NCBI GenBank assembly: GCA_048885925.1
Contig: JBHLLG010000002.1
Span: forward strand, 1 to 64,000
DNA length: 64,000 nt
DNA from: Candidatus Hermodarchaeota archaeon
Lineage (GTDB): Archaea > Asgardarchaeota > Lokiarchaeia > Sigyniarchaeales > SOKP01
Direction of reading: 5' to 3'
In this document: positions 30,703 to 41,900 of the stretch, in pieces
Numbering within the stretch: position 1 is the stretch's first letter
Layout of the letters: each line of letters begins with the position of its first letter
Position numbers and translations under genes: made by a program
The notes under the pieces: generated by a model
Seen by the model: only the letters and a program-made list of their open reading frames with translations
Database searches by the model: none
Told to the model about the DNA's origin: nothing

Positions 30703-32682
30703 TTAATCTATTTCAACATCCATTTTTTTTCGTTCTTCTAATAACTGTTCTACTATCTCAGGATTCGCTAAAGTGGTTATATTACCTATATCTCCTCCAG
30801 AAGCAATTGCTTTCAAAATTCGTCTCATAATTTTACCACTTCGAGTTTTAGGTAAGTCATCAGCAAATTGAATAACATCTGGTTGAAAAACAGGACCTAT
30901 TTCTTGTCTAACATGCATTCTTATTTCCTTAGATAACTTTGCAGATCTTTCAACTCCTTGAATTAATGTAACAAAAGCCCAAATTGCTTGACCCTTAATT
31001 TTATGAGGAAAGGGTGCAACAGCAGCTTCAGCAACTTTTGGATGGCTAACAAGAGCAGATTCTACTTCCATAGTCCCAATTCTATGTCCAGATACTTTAA
31101 TAACATCATCCAATCTTCCAAGAATCCAATAATATCCATCCTCATCTCGTCGTGCTCCATCACCCGTATAGTAATATCCAGGATATCTTTCAAGATAAGT
31201 GGATTTAAATCTTTCTGTATCGCCCCAAACATCTCTTAAAATACCTGGCCAAGGGTTTGCCATTGCAAAATAACCACCTTCATCTGCTTCTGTTACTTCA
31301 TCACCTTCCAAATCGAAAATGACTGGTTTTATACCTAAGAAGGGCATACAACACGACCCTGGTTTTGTGGGAGTAGCCGTAGCTATTGGAGTCATAATAA
31401 AACCTCCAGTTTCAGTTTGCCAGTAAGTATCAACAATCGGACATTTTTCTTTCCCAACAATCCTATGATACCAAGTCCAAGCTTCAGGGTTTATAGGTTC
31501 CCCGACTGTTCCTAAAACTTTTAAAGAACTTAAATCATGTTTTTTAACTGGTTCTTCACCATATCTCATTAGTGCTCTTATTGCAGTAGGTGCTGTATAG
31601 AAGTGAGTTACCCTATGTCTTTCTACGATATCCCAGAAACGATCAACCTCGGGATAAGTTGGAACTCCCTCAAACATTAATGTCGTGGCACCATTAGCTA
31701 ATGGTCCATATACTATATATGAATGCCCTGTAATCCATCCAATATCGGCAGTGCAATACCAGATATCATTATCTTTATAATTAAATACAACTCTATGAGT
31801 TAAAGCAGTATACAATAAATAACCTGCAGTTGTATGCTTAACTCCTTTAGGTTTTCCCGTAGTTCCACTTGTGTATAATATAAATAAGGTATCTTCAGAA
31901 TCCATAACTTCAGGCTCACAAACATCATTGACATTAGCAATGAATTCTTCATACCAAATATCTTTATCTGTATGAGGGACTTCATTTCCAGATCGTTTTA
32001 CAACAATAACATGCTCAATTGTTGGAACATCATCAATTATTTGAACCACATCTGCCATTTTAGGATAGGTTTTTCCTGCTCTTAAAGTTTCATCACTCGT
32101 AAATAAAAGACGTGAATTTGAATCTTCAATTCTATCTTTTACTGCTTCCTTTGAAAAGCCTCCAAATACAATTGAGTGGATTATTCCAAGTCGAGCACAA
32201 GCTAACATAATTATTGCTAATTCTGGTATCATTGGTAGCCATATTGTTACTCTATCTCCTTTTTTTAGACCTAATTTTTTCATACCGTTAGCGCATTTAG
32301 ATACTTCTTTTAGTAGTTCATTGTATGAGAATGTTCTAACCTGTTCAGGTTCATCAGCTTCCCAAATTAGAGCGATTTTATCTCCTTTTCCAGCTTTTAC
32401 ATGTCTATCGATACAATTATAACTAACATTAAGTTTTCCTCCTACAAACCATTTTCCAGGGAAGAGGTCGGTTTTTTCCCAGACTTTGTTATAAGGTTGT
32501 ATCCAATCGATAGTTTTTGCTTGTTCAGCCCAGAAGCCTTCCATATCATCTATAGATTGTTTGTAAAGTTTTTTATATTCTTCTAGTGACATTCCGGACT
32601 TTGCGAATTCGGGATTAAGATCAATTGGATTAAAAATTCGATTTTCTACAAGAATACTTTCCATTCTTTCTTCTTTTGACAT
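30703..32682 (-). CDS. acs: Acetyl-CoA synthetase (AMP-forming)
   Basis: YTSGTTGKPKG, CTADIGWITGHSY, DTYWQTETGG, LPKTRSGKIMRR. Confidence 0.97.
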   Translation of the reverse strand: MSKEERMESILVENRIFNPIDLNPEFAKSGMSLEEYKKLYKQSIDDMEGFWAEQAKTIDWIQPYNKVWEKTDLFPGKWFVGGKLNVSYNCIDRHVKAGKGDKIALIWEADEPEQVRTFSYNELLKEVSKCANGMKKLGLKKGDRVTIWLPMIPELAIIMLACARLGIIHSIVFGGFSKEAVKDRIEDSNSRLLFTSDETLRAGKTYPKMADVVQIIDDVPTIEHVIVVKRSGNEVPHTDKDIWYEEFIANVNDVCEPEVMDSEDTLFILYTSGTTGKPKGVKHTTAGYLLYTALTHRVVFNYKDNDIWYCTADIGWITGHSYIVYGPLANGATTLMFEGVPTYPEVDRFWDIVERHRVTHFYTAPTAIRALMRYGEEPVKKHDLSSLKVLGTVGEPINPEAWTWYHRIVGKEKCPIVDTYWQTETGGFIMTPIATATPTKPGSCCMPFLGIKPVIFDLEGDEVTEADEGGYFAMANPWPGILRDVWGDTERFKSTYLERYPGYYYTGDGARRDEDGYYWILGRLDDVIKVSGHRIGTMEVESALVSHPKVAEAAVAPFPHKIKGQAIWAFVTLIQGVERSAKLSKEIRMHVRQEIGPVFQPDVIQFADDLPKTRSGKIMRRILKAIASGGDIGNITTLANPEIVEQLLEERKKMDVEID

Positions 32683-32948
32683 ATTTTTTCACATTTTTGA
32701 ATCTTATAAATTTAGAAGTTCATTTAATTTACTTTTAATTTTTATTTAATATTAACAATTAATATATATGATTTTTAAATGAAATTTTCTAAATCAAAAA
32801 AGAGATGAATGAAATTTAAAGATTTTATTTATAATTTCAAAAATATTATTTGAATGGAAATAGAAATAATAGTTTAATTAGATATAAAATTAATCAATAA
32901 TAAAAGTAAAATTGGGATTAAGCCTTTTCAATGGAGTGAATAATTGCA

Positions 32949-34841
32949 ATGGATTTTAATTGGAAAGAAAGTTGGAAAGAAAAGGAAATTACAGCCCAAC
33001 AAGCAATAGAAGAAATTATCCCAGGGAATAGAGTCTTTATTGACTCAGGATGCTCTGAGCCTCAACTCTTAACCTCAGAATTAATAAAGAATTCAGAAAA
33101 GTTAATAGATACTGAAATTCTTCATTTTCTAACAATAGGTTCTGAAAAATATTTTAAAGATAAAGCGGAGGATCTTTTTAGACATAATGCTTTTTTTATT
33201 GGGAGGACTCTCCGTGAAGAAATCAACAAAGGTCAAGCAGATTATACACCAATATATGCTAGTGAAATTCCATCGTTATTTTTGACAGGTCGGAAACATA
33301 TTGATGTTGCTCTCATCCAAGTTTCTCCTCCTGATCCTTATGGTTTTTGTTCTTTAGGAATTAATGTAGACATTGCCAAACCAATAGCACAATCATCTTA
33401 TATGACTATTGCTGAAATTAACCCTCAAATGCCTCGAACTCTAGGAAATAGTTTTATTCATATGAAAGAAATAGATTATTTTGTATACAATGATAGCCCG
33501 TTGTTAGAGTTTCAATTTGATGAACCAGATGAAATTGCAGATAGAATAGGGCGAAATTTAATAAATCTTATAGAAAATAAATCTACTATTCATGTAGGGT
33601 TTGGCGATCTTCCAAATGCTGCATTAAAATTTCTAGGAGATAAAAAAAATTTAGGAATGCATTCTCACTATATTACGGATAACATTATACCACTTATAGA
33701 AAACGGCGTATTAACTTGTCGAAAAAAAAATTATCATCCTGAAAAAATTATTACCAGTTTTGCTTTGGGGACAAGAAAATTATATAAGTTTGTAGATAAC
33801 AATCCTTTCATTGAATTTCATCCATCTGATTATGTATGCAATCCTCAAAATATTGGAATGAATAAGAAGATGGTTTCTATAAATTCTGCGCGACAGATTG
33901 ATTTAACTGGACAAGTAAATGCAGCAACGGAGGGTTATCGTTTCTATTCTGGACTTGGTGAGACCATTGATTTTATGAGAGGAGCAGCATTTTCTAAGGG
34001 AGGTAAACCAATCATAATTATACCCTCTACTTCACGAGATGGCAAAAAATCACGAATTGTACCTCATTTAGATGAAGGAGCGGGGATAATGTTGTCTCGT
34101 GGAGATGTGCATTATGTAGTAACGGAATGGGGCGTTGCTTATCTTCATGGAAAAAGTATTCGTGAAAGAGTAATTGAATTGATATGTATAGCCCATCCTA
34201 AATTTAGACAATTATTATTAGATGCTGCCAAAAAGTTGAAATATATTTATTCTGATCAAGTATTACCTTGTGATGAGAAAGGTCGAATTTGTATATATCC
34301 TTCAGAATATGAGACTTTTTATACTACAACAAGTAAGGAAAAAATAAGAATTCGTCCTGTGAAAACAACTGATGAGCCATTATTAAAAGATTTATATTAT
34401 TCATTAAGTGAGAGAGATAGATATTTAAGATTCTTTGAATTAAAAAAAGAGTTCACTCACTCCAAAACTCAATTCGAGGTAAACATTGATTATAGCAACA
34501 CTTTTTCAATTGGTGCATTTATTGGCGAAATCGGGCATGAAAAAATGATTGGTAATGCAACTTATTATTTAAATCCTAAATTAAATATGGGAGAGTATAG
34601 TTTCATTGTAAGAGAAGATTATAGAGGGAAAGGGATTGGTGGTTTTTTATATCAACATATAATTATTATTGCAAAAGAGAAAGGATTAAAAGGATTATAT
34701 GGCAATATTCACATTCAAAATAAAAGTGCTGTTCGTATTATTCAAACAGGGGGATATACAAAAATAACTCCTCCCTCTTCACCTGAAGAAAAAGAATTAT
34801 TTTATGAAGTTTTTTTTGATAAAGAAAATTCTATGGAATAA
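32949..34841 (+). CDS. Acetyl-CoA hydrolase/CoA-transferase domain fused to Pat-type GNAT domain
   Basis: VSPPDPYGFCSLG, IDLTGQVNA, HYVVTEWG, IAHPKFR, followed by IRIRPVK..DE..L...YYSLS...Y.RFF and DYRGKGIG. Confidence 0.88.
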   Translation: MDFNWKESWKEKEITAQQAIEEIIPGNRVFIDSGCSEPQLLTSELIKNSEKLIDTEILHFLTIGSEKYFKDKAEDLFRHNAFFIGRTLREEINKGQADYTPIYASEIPSLFLTGRKHIDVALIQVSPPDPYGFCSLGINVDIAKPIAQSSYMTIAEINPQMPRTLGNSFIHMKEIDYFVYNDSPLLEFQFDEPDEIADRIGRNLINLIENKSTIHVGFGDLPNAALKFLGDKKNLGMHSHYITDNIIPLIENGVLTCRKKNYHPEKIITSFALGTRKLYKFVDNNPFIEFHPSDYVCNPQNIGMNKKMVSINSARQIDLTGQVNAATEGYRFYSGLGETIDFMRGAAFSKGGKPIIIIPSTSRDGKKSRIVPHLDEGAGIMLSRGDVHYVVTEWGVAYLHGKSIRERVIELICIAHPKFRQLLLDAAKKLKYIYSDQVLPCDEKGRICIYPSEYETFYTTTSKEKIRIRPVKTTDEPLLKDLYYSLSERDRYLRFFELKKEFTHSKTQFEVNIDYSNTFSIGAFIGEIGHEKMIGNATYYLNPKLNMGEYSFIVREDYRGKGIGGFLYQHIIIIAKEKGLKGLYGNIHIQNKSAVRIIQTGGYTKITPPSSPEEKELFYEVFFDKENSME

Positions 34842-34890
34842 TTCTCCAAAATTTTTATTTTTCTCTCTTAATTATTTAATTTGTTTGTTT

Positions 34891-35691
34891 ATGAGGTTCA
34901 AATTTACAGATTTTCATGTTCATACCAGACCTTGGAGCGTAGATGTAGCAGAAGATGGTCCTACTTTTGAGGATTATCTAAAAATTGCAGAAGAATATCA
35001 GATTAATGTTTGTTTTTTAGATCATTTTGAACTCCACTATGTTGAAAAAGATAAAAGCAATCCTTTTCATAATGGAAAGATTAATGATTATCTGGAAGAA
35101 ATTGATATATGGAAGGAAACGTATGATTTTATACTCAGCGGTTTAGAAGTTGAATATTATGAGGATAAAGAAATTCAATTAATTGAATTTATGGATGATT
35201 ATGGAAAAGAATTGAATTTTATCGCAGGATCTATTCATGAATGGATTATTGGATATCCGATTACGACAAAAAATGGTTTATTGAGATTATTAGAAAAAAA
35301 ACCTATGAAAAAAATTATTGATGAATATTTTGAAATTAGTAAGAAGATGATCGATTCAAAAATCTTTAAAAATATTTGTCATATTGATACAATTTTTCGA
35401 TATATTAATGATAATGATTTATATCCACCAAGTGATTGTAACATTTCTGAAAGTCGTACAATAGAATTAGGACGTTCATGTATTAAAAATAATATAAACA
35501 TAGAGTTCAATTTATCTGGATATAAATTTCCAATAAATAGACCATTTCCTTCTCTACATATTGCTGAGCTACTAAAGAAGGAAGGAGCTAAATTCTTTAT
35601 AGGATCAGATTCACATGATTTAAATTATTTCAAAAATCAAATCTCTAAAGTAAAAGAAGCAAGCTTAATTTTGAAATCCCATTTAAATTAG
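34891..35691 (+). CDS. PHP-domain phosphoesterase (histidinol-phosphatase HisJ/HisK-like)
   Basis: DFHVHT, LDH, GLEVE, GSIH, CHID, GSDSH; ATG at 34891. Confidence 0.85.
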   Translation: MRFKFTDFHVHTRPWSVDVAEDGPTFEDYLKIAEEYQINVCFLDHFELHYVEKDKSNPFHNGKINDYLEEIDIWKETYDFILSGLEVEYYEDKEIQLIEFMDDYGKELNFIAGSIHEWIIGYPITTKNGLLRLLEKKPMKKIIDEYFEISKKMIDSKIFKNICHIDTIFRYINDNDLYPPSDCNISESRTIELGRSCIKNNINIEFNLSGYKFPINRPFPSLHIAELLKKEGAKFFIGSDSHDLNYFKNQISKVKEASLILKSHLN

Positions 35692-35700
35692 TTCTATACA

Positions 35701-36429
35701 TTGATTCCTATGTCCTTAAAAGATATTTTAAATATAATTGATAACTGGGATGTTAGATTACTCTTAAAATATAATGGTTCAGGAGGCAAACTAATCACAT
35801 ATATTTTGAAAATAATTTCTTTTCTTGGAAGAGAAACTTTATGGATTCTCTTAATTGTTTTTTATTTATTAATTTGGTATGATCCATTTCTATTATCATA
35901 TATTTCTGCAACATTTCTAACAGGATTAGTTTTAATTTTAACATTAAAATTGATTGTTAAAAGAACAAGGCCATATGAAAGGTTTAAAGAAGGTGAAATT
36001 ATTATACTTGAACGAAAACCATCTTCAAGAAGTTTTCCATCTTGGCATTCTTATAATATTATGTCACAAGGATTGTTGATCGGAATTTTCTTTTTAAAAT
36101 CACCAATTTTAACAATATTAATGATGATACTAACATTTATAGTTTCATATTCAAGAGTTCAACTTGGCGTACATTATCCGACAGATGTAATTTTCGGTTG
36201 TATTTTTGGGATAATAGGTTTTTTAATAGCAATTTCTTTCATTAGTCCGCTTATTATTAAAATGATTATTTTTATAGAACAGTTTATTGTTCATGAAATT
36301 CAATATCGGCAATTCAATTCATTAATCTATCAAAATATAGGATATTTGATATTTTGTTTTATTATTTTCTTTATTATTTTTTTGTTATCAATCAATAAAA
36401 CAATAAAAGAGTATTTTAAAAAAGAATAA
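35701..36429 (+). CDS. PAP2 family membrane phosphatase
   Basis: KLIVKRTRP, SFPSWH, SRVQLGVHYPTDV. Confidence 0.9.
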   Translation: MIPMSLKDILNIIDNWDVRLLLKYNGSGGKLITYILKIISFLGRETLWILLIVFYLLIWYDPFLLSYISATFLTGLVLILTLKLIVKRTRPYERFKEGEIIILERKPSSRSFPSWHSYNIMSQGLLIGIFFLKSPILTILMMILTFIVSYSRVQLGVHYPTDVIFGCIFGIIGFLIAISFISPLIIKMIIFIEQFIVHEIQYRQFNSLIYQNIGYLIFCFIIFFIIFLLSINKTIKEYFKKE

Positions 36430-36440
36430 GTTAGAAAAGG

Positions 36441-37688
36441 CTAAATATTAAGACTTTTTCTTTTACTAAATAAATCTTTTAGTTCATTAAGAACATTTAA
36501 TCTCGTATTTTCTTGAGCTCGTATAGGGCTTTGGGAAGGATTAGCAATTTCAATTGGAACGCCACTTTGTGCAACTTGGAATGCTCCTGATTCTATTGCT
36601 CGAAGTCGACTGTCAAGATCATTGAGTTGCATAGAAATGCTTTCTGATAAACGGATTACAGCATTAAGAGTTTCTTCTAAAGTTTTTCCAAGTCCTTCTA
36701 CTTTTCTTACTGTTGGGTCTGTAAGTGAATAATTTGCACTCATTAAATTTTTAATATATTTTGCAAATTGAGGTTCACGTGATATTAAAGAATAAATAGA
36801 TGTTAAATAAATTTCTGTATTGAAATCAAAATTATTATTTTTAAATAATTCACTTATATTATCTTTTATTAATTCAACATTTAAGAGAATTTTTGGGTCG
36901 TTCTTAAGGTCTGGGTCAAATTTATGTATGAATATTAAAATATAGGGATTTTCTTCCAGAAGAATGATTGAATGTAGAATCTTTTCAAAATATTCAAGAG
37001 ATTCATCAAATCTGTCAGGATCTTGCACATCAATTACATAAATAAATAAATCAAGTTCAATGAAATACTGCTCTGGATTATTTAAATATCTTTCTCGATA
37101 TTCCTTCTGTCCTCCTAAATCCCAAATAAATAAGTTTACTTTTGAATCTCCAAATTTCATTCTAACTACACCCTTGGTTGGATGTGTTGAGATCATATCG
37201 CTAATTCCTAATCTTCCTCCAAATTTTGATAATACTGAAGTTTTACCAGCAGCATCCAAACCAGCTACCAATACCTTCTGCCCTGTTGTTTTAATACCTT
37301 CTTGTTCATCTTTTATACTGGCAATTAGAGAGCTAATAGTAATAGTCTTTTTTAACTTTTCTTCAAGATTTGGAAATTTTTCTTTCAATTCCTCTATTTT
37401 TTTCTTTAAATTTATTGCCAATTCGATCGAATCTTCCGATTCTTCAATTTCAGTTAGACTTTCAAATGGGTTTTCTTTATTTAATTTGGAAGCTTCACCA
37501 ATTGTTGAAATTTCTAACAATTGTTTCATTAATTTAGATTCTTCTTTATCTATAAATTTATAGATATGAATTGGTAAACTTAAAATATCATCTAACTCTT
37601 TGACTTTATCTATCTTCCGAGATTTGGGATCAAAAAATTTTGAAAGAATTTTAATAATGTTAGAGACTTCTGAGGACATTACATTCAT
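36441..37688 (-). CDS. Arf/Rag-like small GTPase with N- and C-terminal helical extensions
   Basis: GLDAAGKTS, PTKG, WDLGGQ, HKFD, TSI. Confidence 0.88.
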   Translation of the reverse strand: MNVMSSEVSNIIKILSKFFDPKSRKIDKVKELDDILSLPIHIYKFIDKEESKLMKQLLEISTIGEASKLNKENPFESLTEIEESEDSIELAINLKKKIEELKEKFPNLEEKLKKTITISSLIASIKDEQEGIKTTGQKVLVAGLDAAGKTSVLSKFGGRLGISDMISTHPTKGVVRMKFGDSKVNLFIWDLGGQKEYRERYLNNPEQYFIELDLFIYVIDVQDPDRFDESLEYFEKILHSIILLEENPYILIFIHKFDPDLKNDPKILLNVELIKDNISELFKNNNFDFNTEIYLTSIYSLISREPQFAKYIKNLMSANYSLTDPTVRKVEGLGKTLEETLNAVIRLSESISMQLNDLDSRLRAIESGAFQVAQSGVPIEIANPSQSPIRAQENTRLNVLNELKDLFSKRKSLNI

Positions 37689-37885
37689 CGCTTTTTCTTT
37701 ATTATTTATAGGTTGATATACTTTTTATTATTATTTGTTAAACTTTTAAGATACTAGTTAAAAAGATTAAGATTTAAATTTTCTTAAGTCAATTTTCAAT
37801 AGATCAAACTTATATATTAAGAAATTTATGTATTTCTAGGGAAAAAATTAAGAATTCGAATACTATCCTTTTGTATATTAAAAAA

Positions 37886-37972
37886 ATGCCAGCCCATTTT
37901 GAAAACGATGATTTTTTTGAGGAAAATATAGAGGAGGGTATCAAATTATATATTTTTAAGAAGGTAAATTAG
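37886..37972 (+). other. 28-codon upstream ORF in frame with tfb
   Basis: ATG 37886 to TAG 37970-37972, MPAHFENDDFFEENIEEGIKLYIFKKVN*, two codons before the tfb ATG and in the same frame. Confidence 0.4.
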
Positions 37973-38008
37973 CGAATCATGTCTGGTGATGATGATTTTT
38001 TTGAGGAA
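37907..38008 (+). repeat. 18-bp perfect direct repeat GATGATTTTTTTGAGGAA
   Basis: Copies at 37907-37924 and 37991-38008, both read as DDFFEE in the same frame. Confidence 0.9.
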
Positions 38009-38893
38009 GATAGCAATGAGACTCCATCCTGTTGCGACAGTCCGAAGGTCTCGCAAGAAGATGGTTTCTATGTTTGTTTGAATTGTGGGTTTGTTTATTC
38101 TCGAATTCTTGATGATAGTCCTCGAAGAGCTTTTACACAGGAAGAAATACAAAAAAGAAAAAGTAGTGAAAGAGTATACAGTCCAATTGGGCCTAGAACA
38201 ATAATCCGAGGATCTAGAGACGCGAGAGGTACATTATTGAGCCCAAAATATAAATCAAAATTTAATAGATTAGCTAAGATTCATCGATCACTTACAACTA
38301 GCTATGAAAGAAACTTGTGGATTGCTTTACCAAATTTACAGCGACTACAAAAGAGATTAGGAATTCCTGATGCTGTAGCAGAAGATGCACTTCGGATCTA
38401 TACTCAAACTGTAAAAAAGAAATTAACTATGGGTCGGAGTATAGATACTTTATTATCAGCTTCTATTTTCGCTGCTTTACGTGTTCACGGTATACCAAGA
38501 ACTGCTGAAGAAGTAACTAAGGTAGCACAAATTCCAAAAAAAAAAGTAATTAAAAGTTATCGCTTGATATTAATGGAAGTTTTACCTAAATTAGGATTGA
38601 AAGTGACTCATTTCAGTAGTGAACGGTATGTCGATAAATTCAATGAAGAGTTAAAGCTTTCAATGAAATGTAGAAATATTGCTGTTAAACTGATTGAAAA
38701 AGCGAGAGAAAGTGGTTTTAATTCAGCAGGTAAAGATCCGAAAGGTATAGCAGCAGCGGCGATTTATATCGGTTCTAAAATCTGTAATGAAAATCGCACC
38801 CAAAAAGAGATAAGTAAATTAGCCAAGGTGACTGAGGTTACTTTAAGAATGCGTGTAAAAGATTTACAGAAATATGCTAATATGGTTGATTAG
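37979..38893 (+). CDS. tfb: Transcription initiation factor IIB
   Basis: Zn ribbon (CC...VCLNCG), ERNL, two cyclin repeats with GRS..., GKDPKGIAAAAIY, TQKEISKLAKVTEVTLR. Confidence 0.95.
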   Translation: MSGDDDFFEEDSNETPSCCDSPKVSQEDGFYVCLNCGFVYSRILDDSPRRAFTQEEIQKRKSSERVYSPIGPRTIIRGSRDARGTLLSPKYKSKFNRLAKIHRSLTTSYERNLWIALPNLQRLQKRLGIPDAVAEDALRIYTQTVKKKLTMGRSIDTLLSASIFAALRVHGIPRTAEEVTKVAQIPKKKVIKSYRLILMEVLPKLGLKVTHFSSERYVDKFNEELKLSMKCRNIAVKLIEKARESGFNSAGKDPKGIAAAAIYIGSKICNENRTQKEISKLAKVTEVTLRMRVKDLQKYANMVD

Positions 38894-38913
38894 CTAAAAA
38901 TTATAAAAAATGA

Positions 38914-41900
38914 TTATGTAATATCAATTAATATTTTTTCCTTTTCGAATAATGGGAGAAATTCTAACATTCCCTTAATTTCTGGTAAATATTTAGAAAG
39001 ATTTTTTAGTTTAATATCGATCAGGAAAAGAATGAGCATCATATAAAATATTTCTTCAACCGATCTTCTATTAATCCCAAGGGTGTTTAAAAATTCATTA
39101 ACATTATTTTTAATCAATTTTAATGGATCGCCTGCTTTTAAAAGAGATAATCCGTGTAAAAGTATCATTAAGGTACCTGCTTCAAGATCTTTTCTTTTAG
39201 AGAAATTATATGCTAATTCTAAATATTTATTTGCCACTTCTTTAAATTTTTGTGATTTCAACAACTCTAATATTTCAGAATAATATCTTTTTCTCATTGC
39301 ATCTCTTTTTTTCTTAGAATCTTCCTTACCACTTTTAATATCACCTATTTTTGATTGAATTTTACCAAATTTCTGGTCTATTTCTATAATTTCTTCTTCT
39401 TTCAAATGTACAACTGCTTTAATTTCCGTTTCTAGAACTTCTTCTTTTTTATATTCTTCACCTAAAATATCAGATATTAACATCATTTCCTCTTCAAATA
39501 ATGGGAGGCTTTCAAAAAAAGCTAATGATTCTTTAGAAGGTAGTTCATTATGAAGAGTTTTCATATCTAATATATATTCTATTAAAGTAACCGGAAAAGT
39601 ATTAGAAAATAATTCTGCTAAACCAGATAATTTTGTTTTTGTCTCATCCAACAATTTTTTAATCTCGTCAAATTTTCCTTCTCTCATTAAAATTAAACTT
39701 GCCACAGCTAAAGAAACTCCTGCTAGGTTATATTTGTTTTGTAAATTTAGATTATTAATATCACTTTTATATATTTCAAGAGCTTGATTATAATGGTGGT
39801 TTTTTAAATGGATTAAAGCATCCTTACAATAAACAGTTCTTTCTCTCTTTTGTTTTTCTTTATCTAAGAGTGCTTCCCGTGCTCGATTTTCTAAAATTGA
39901 TGGCATTTCTTTTATCTCTTCTCCTTTGCGAGATTCTTTAGCTTTCTTAGATCTAATTTCGCTCTTTTTAGCTTCAATTTTTTCTATTTGTCCATGAATT
40001 TCAGCTTTATAGCCCTTATCTTCAATTTTATCATTATAAACTTGGGCTAAATGCAAATCATCCAGTTTAATATAAATATTAGCGATTTTATAATTGATTT
40101 CATCAAAAATATTTTGTTTAATTTCTTCCTTTTCTAAATATTTTGATCCTATATTTAGAACTTTTTTTACTAATTCTTCTGCTTTATTAACTCCAGACGG
40201 ATCTGATTCTTTGTCCAAAATTCTTAATGCTTCATTTATAATTACTTCGATAAAAATTAAACTAATTTCTTTTGATTGATCATAAAGTATTTCTTTTCGA
40301 TATATATTAATAGAATTTTCAAAAACTAGTTCAGACCATTTATAATCATTTAAATCCATGACATCTTTTAATTTTTGGAAATATTTAGGAAAAATTCTGG
40401 TTAAATACTTTGATTTCATATCTATTGATAATTCATTGAAGATTAAAAAAAACGCTTCAAATTCTAGGCCCTCTAATAATATATCTAAAGATTTTGTTAG
40501 AATTTGATCTCTAATCTCTTCTTTTCCAATCTTTTTAAGGTATTCACCATGTTTTCTTAAGTGATTTGCTGCCTTTAAATAATTACCTTGTTTAGAAAGT
40601 TCATTAGCTTCATTAATTTTTTGAGTATTTAACTCAATAATGATCATTCTTTCGTTTTCAACAAAATCCCTTATTACTTCGATTCCCCTGTTCAGATAAT
40701 CTTCAACCTCTTTCTTCTTTATAGTTTTATATCTATCTTCAAATTCATCTCTAATTTTAGCTAATTTTTGCTTTAATTTGCTTGAGTTTAACTTATTTAT
40801 AAGAATTGTGGCTACTGCAAAAAGATCTTCTTCTAAAAATTGGTTAATAAGACCTTCTAAAGTTGAATCCAAATTCAATCTTTTTACATTATATGAATCC
40901 CACATGTTTTCAATTTCATCATAAGTATTTCTAGCATCAGAATTTTTTTTCTGATTTACTTGTTGTTTAAAAAGTGTAATTAAAATTTCATTCAATTTAT
41001 TAGTCAAATCTTTTAATTCGTCAAAAAGAGCCCCACGCTGATATTTATCAATAGCTAGATATAATTGGCTTTTGGCTAAACTAAAATCACTTTTTTTAAC
41101 TAAAAAATCAGCAGAAGCACAAATTTTATCTGAAATTTCTTTTAATAATGCAATTACTGCTTGATGAGGTAAACTCTCAAGTATTCTAAAAGCGTCTTCA
41201 ACTCTACAAGCAGAAATCCATGAATTTATTGCTGAGCGAAAAGCTTCATGAGTTAATTCTTTATCTAAAAATTCTAAACTTGCCCAATGAGCTGCTATTT
41301 CATAATTTCTTGCTGCGCGTTCAAATTCATTCCTATTGAAATAAAGATTGCCTTCTCTTATAATAGCATCTGCGTATAATCTTTTAAAATTCTTCGATTT
41401 TCGATTATCTACATCTTCTAATATTTTACTTGCTTCTAAATATAAATTAATTTTAGAATAAAGATACGCTGCTTGTTCACAAATTATAAAAAATTCTTCT
41501 TTATTATAGATATCAGCAATTTGGGCAGCTTTTCTTACAGCTTGGGCAGCATATAAATAATTTTGGTTATTAAAATAAATATTCGCCATTTGTATAAATA
41601 TAGGAAATCGCATCCAGGCATTCTCTATGTTTAATGGAGTATCACTATTAATCATAGCTAAGCATAAAGATTGAAGTGCTTGATGAAAATCATGAGGAGC
41701 AAGATTTGCAAATGCTTCTAAACTAGGGAAATTAACCCAAATATGTGTTAATAATTCATTTACAGATATTGGGAGAATTCCATTTCGATCATAAAATAAT
41801 ATAATTGTTGGGATATCGCGTTTTATAGAAAAAATATCTGGAAGAATCATTTCAAATAATTCTGATTCTTCTTGTACAATTGGATTTAAAAAGTAAATGA

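Noticed and set aside
37970-37972. Genome-wide UAG recoding (pyrrolysine)
   Set aside because: Conserved genes here (rps28e, tfb) end properly at TAG, and no pyl genes are in the window.
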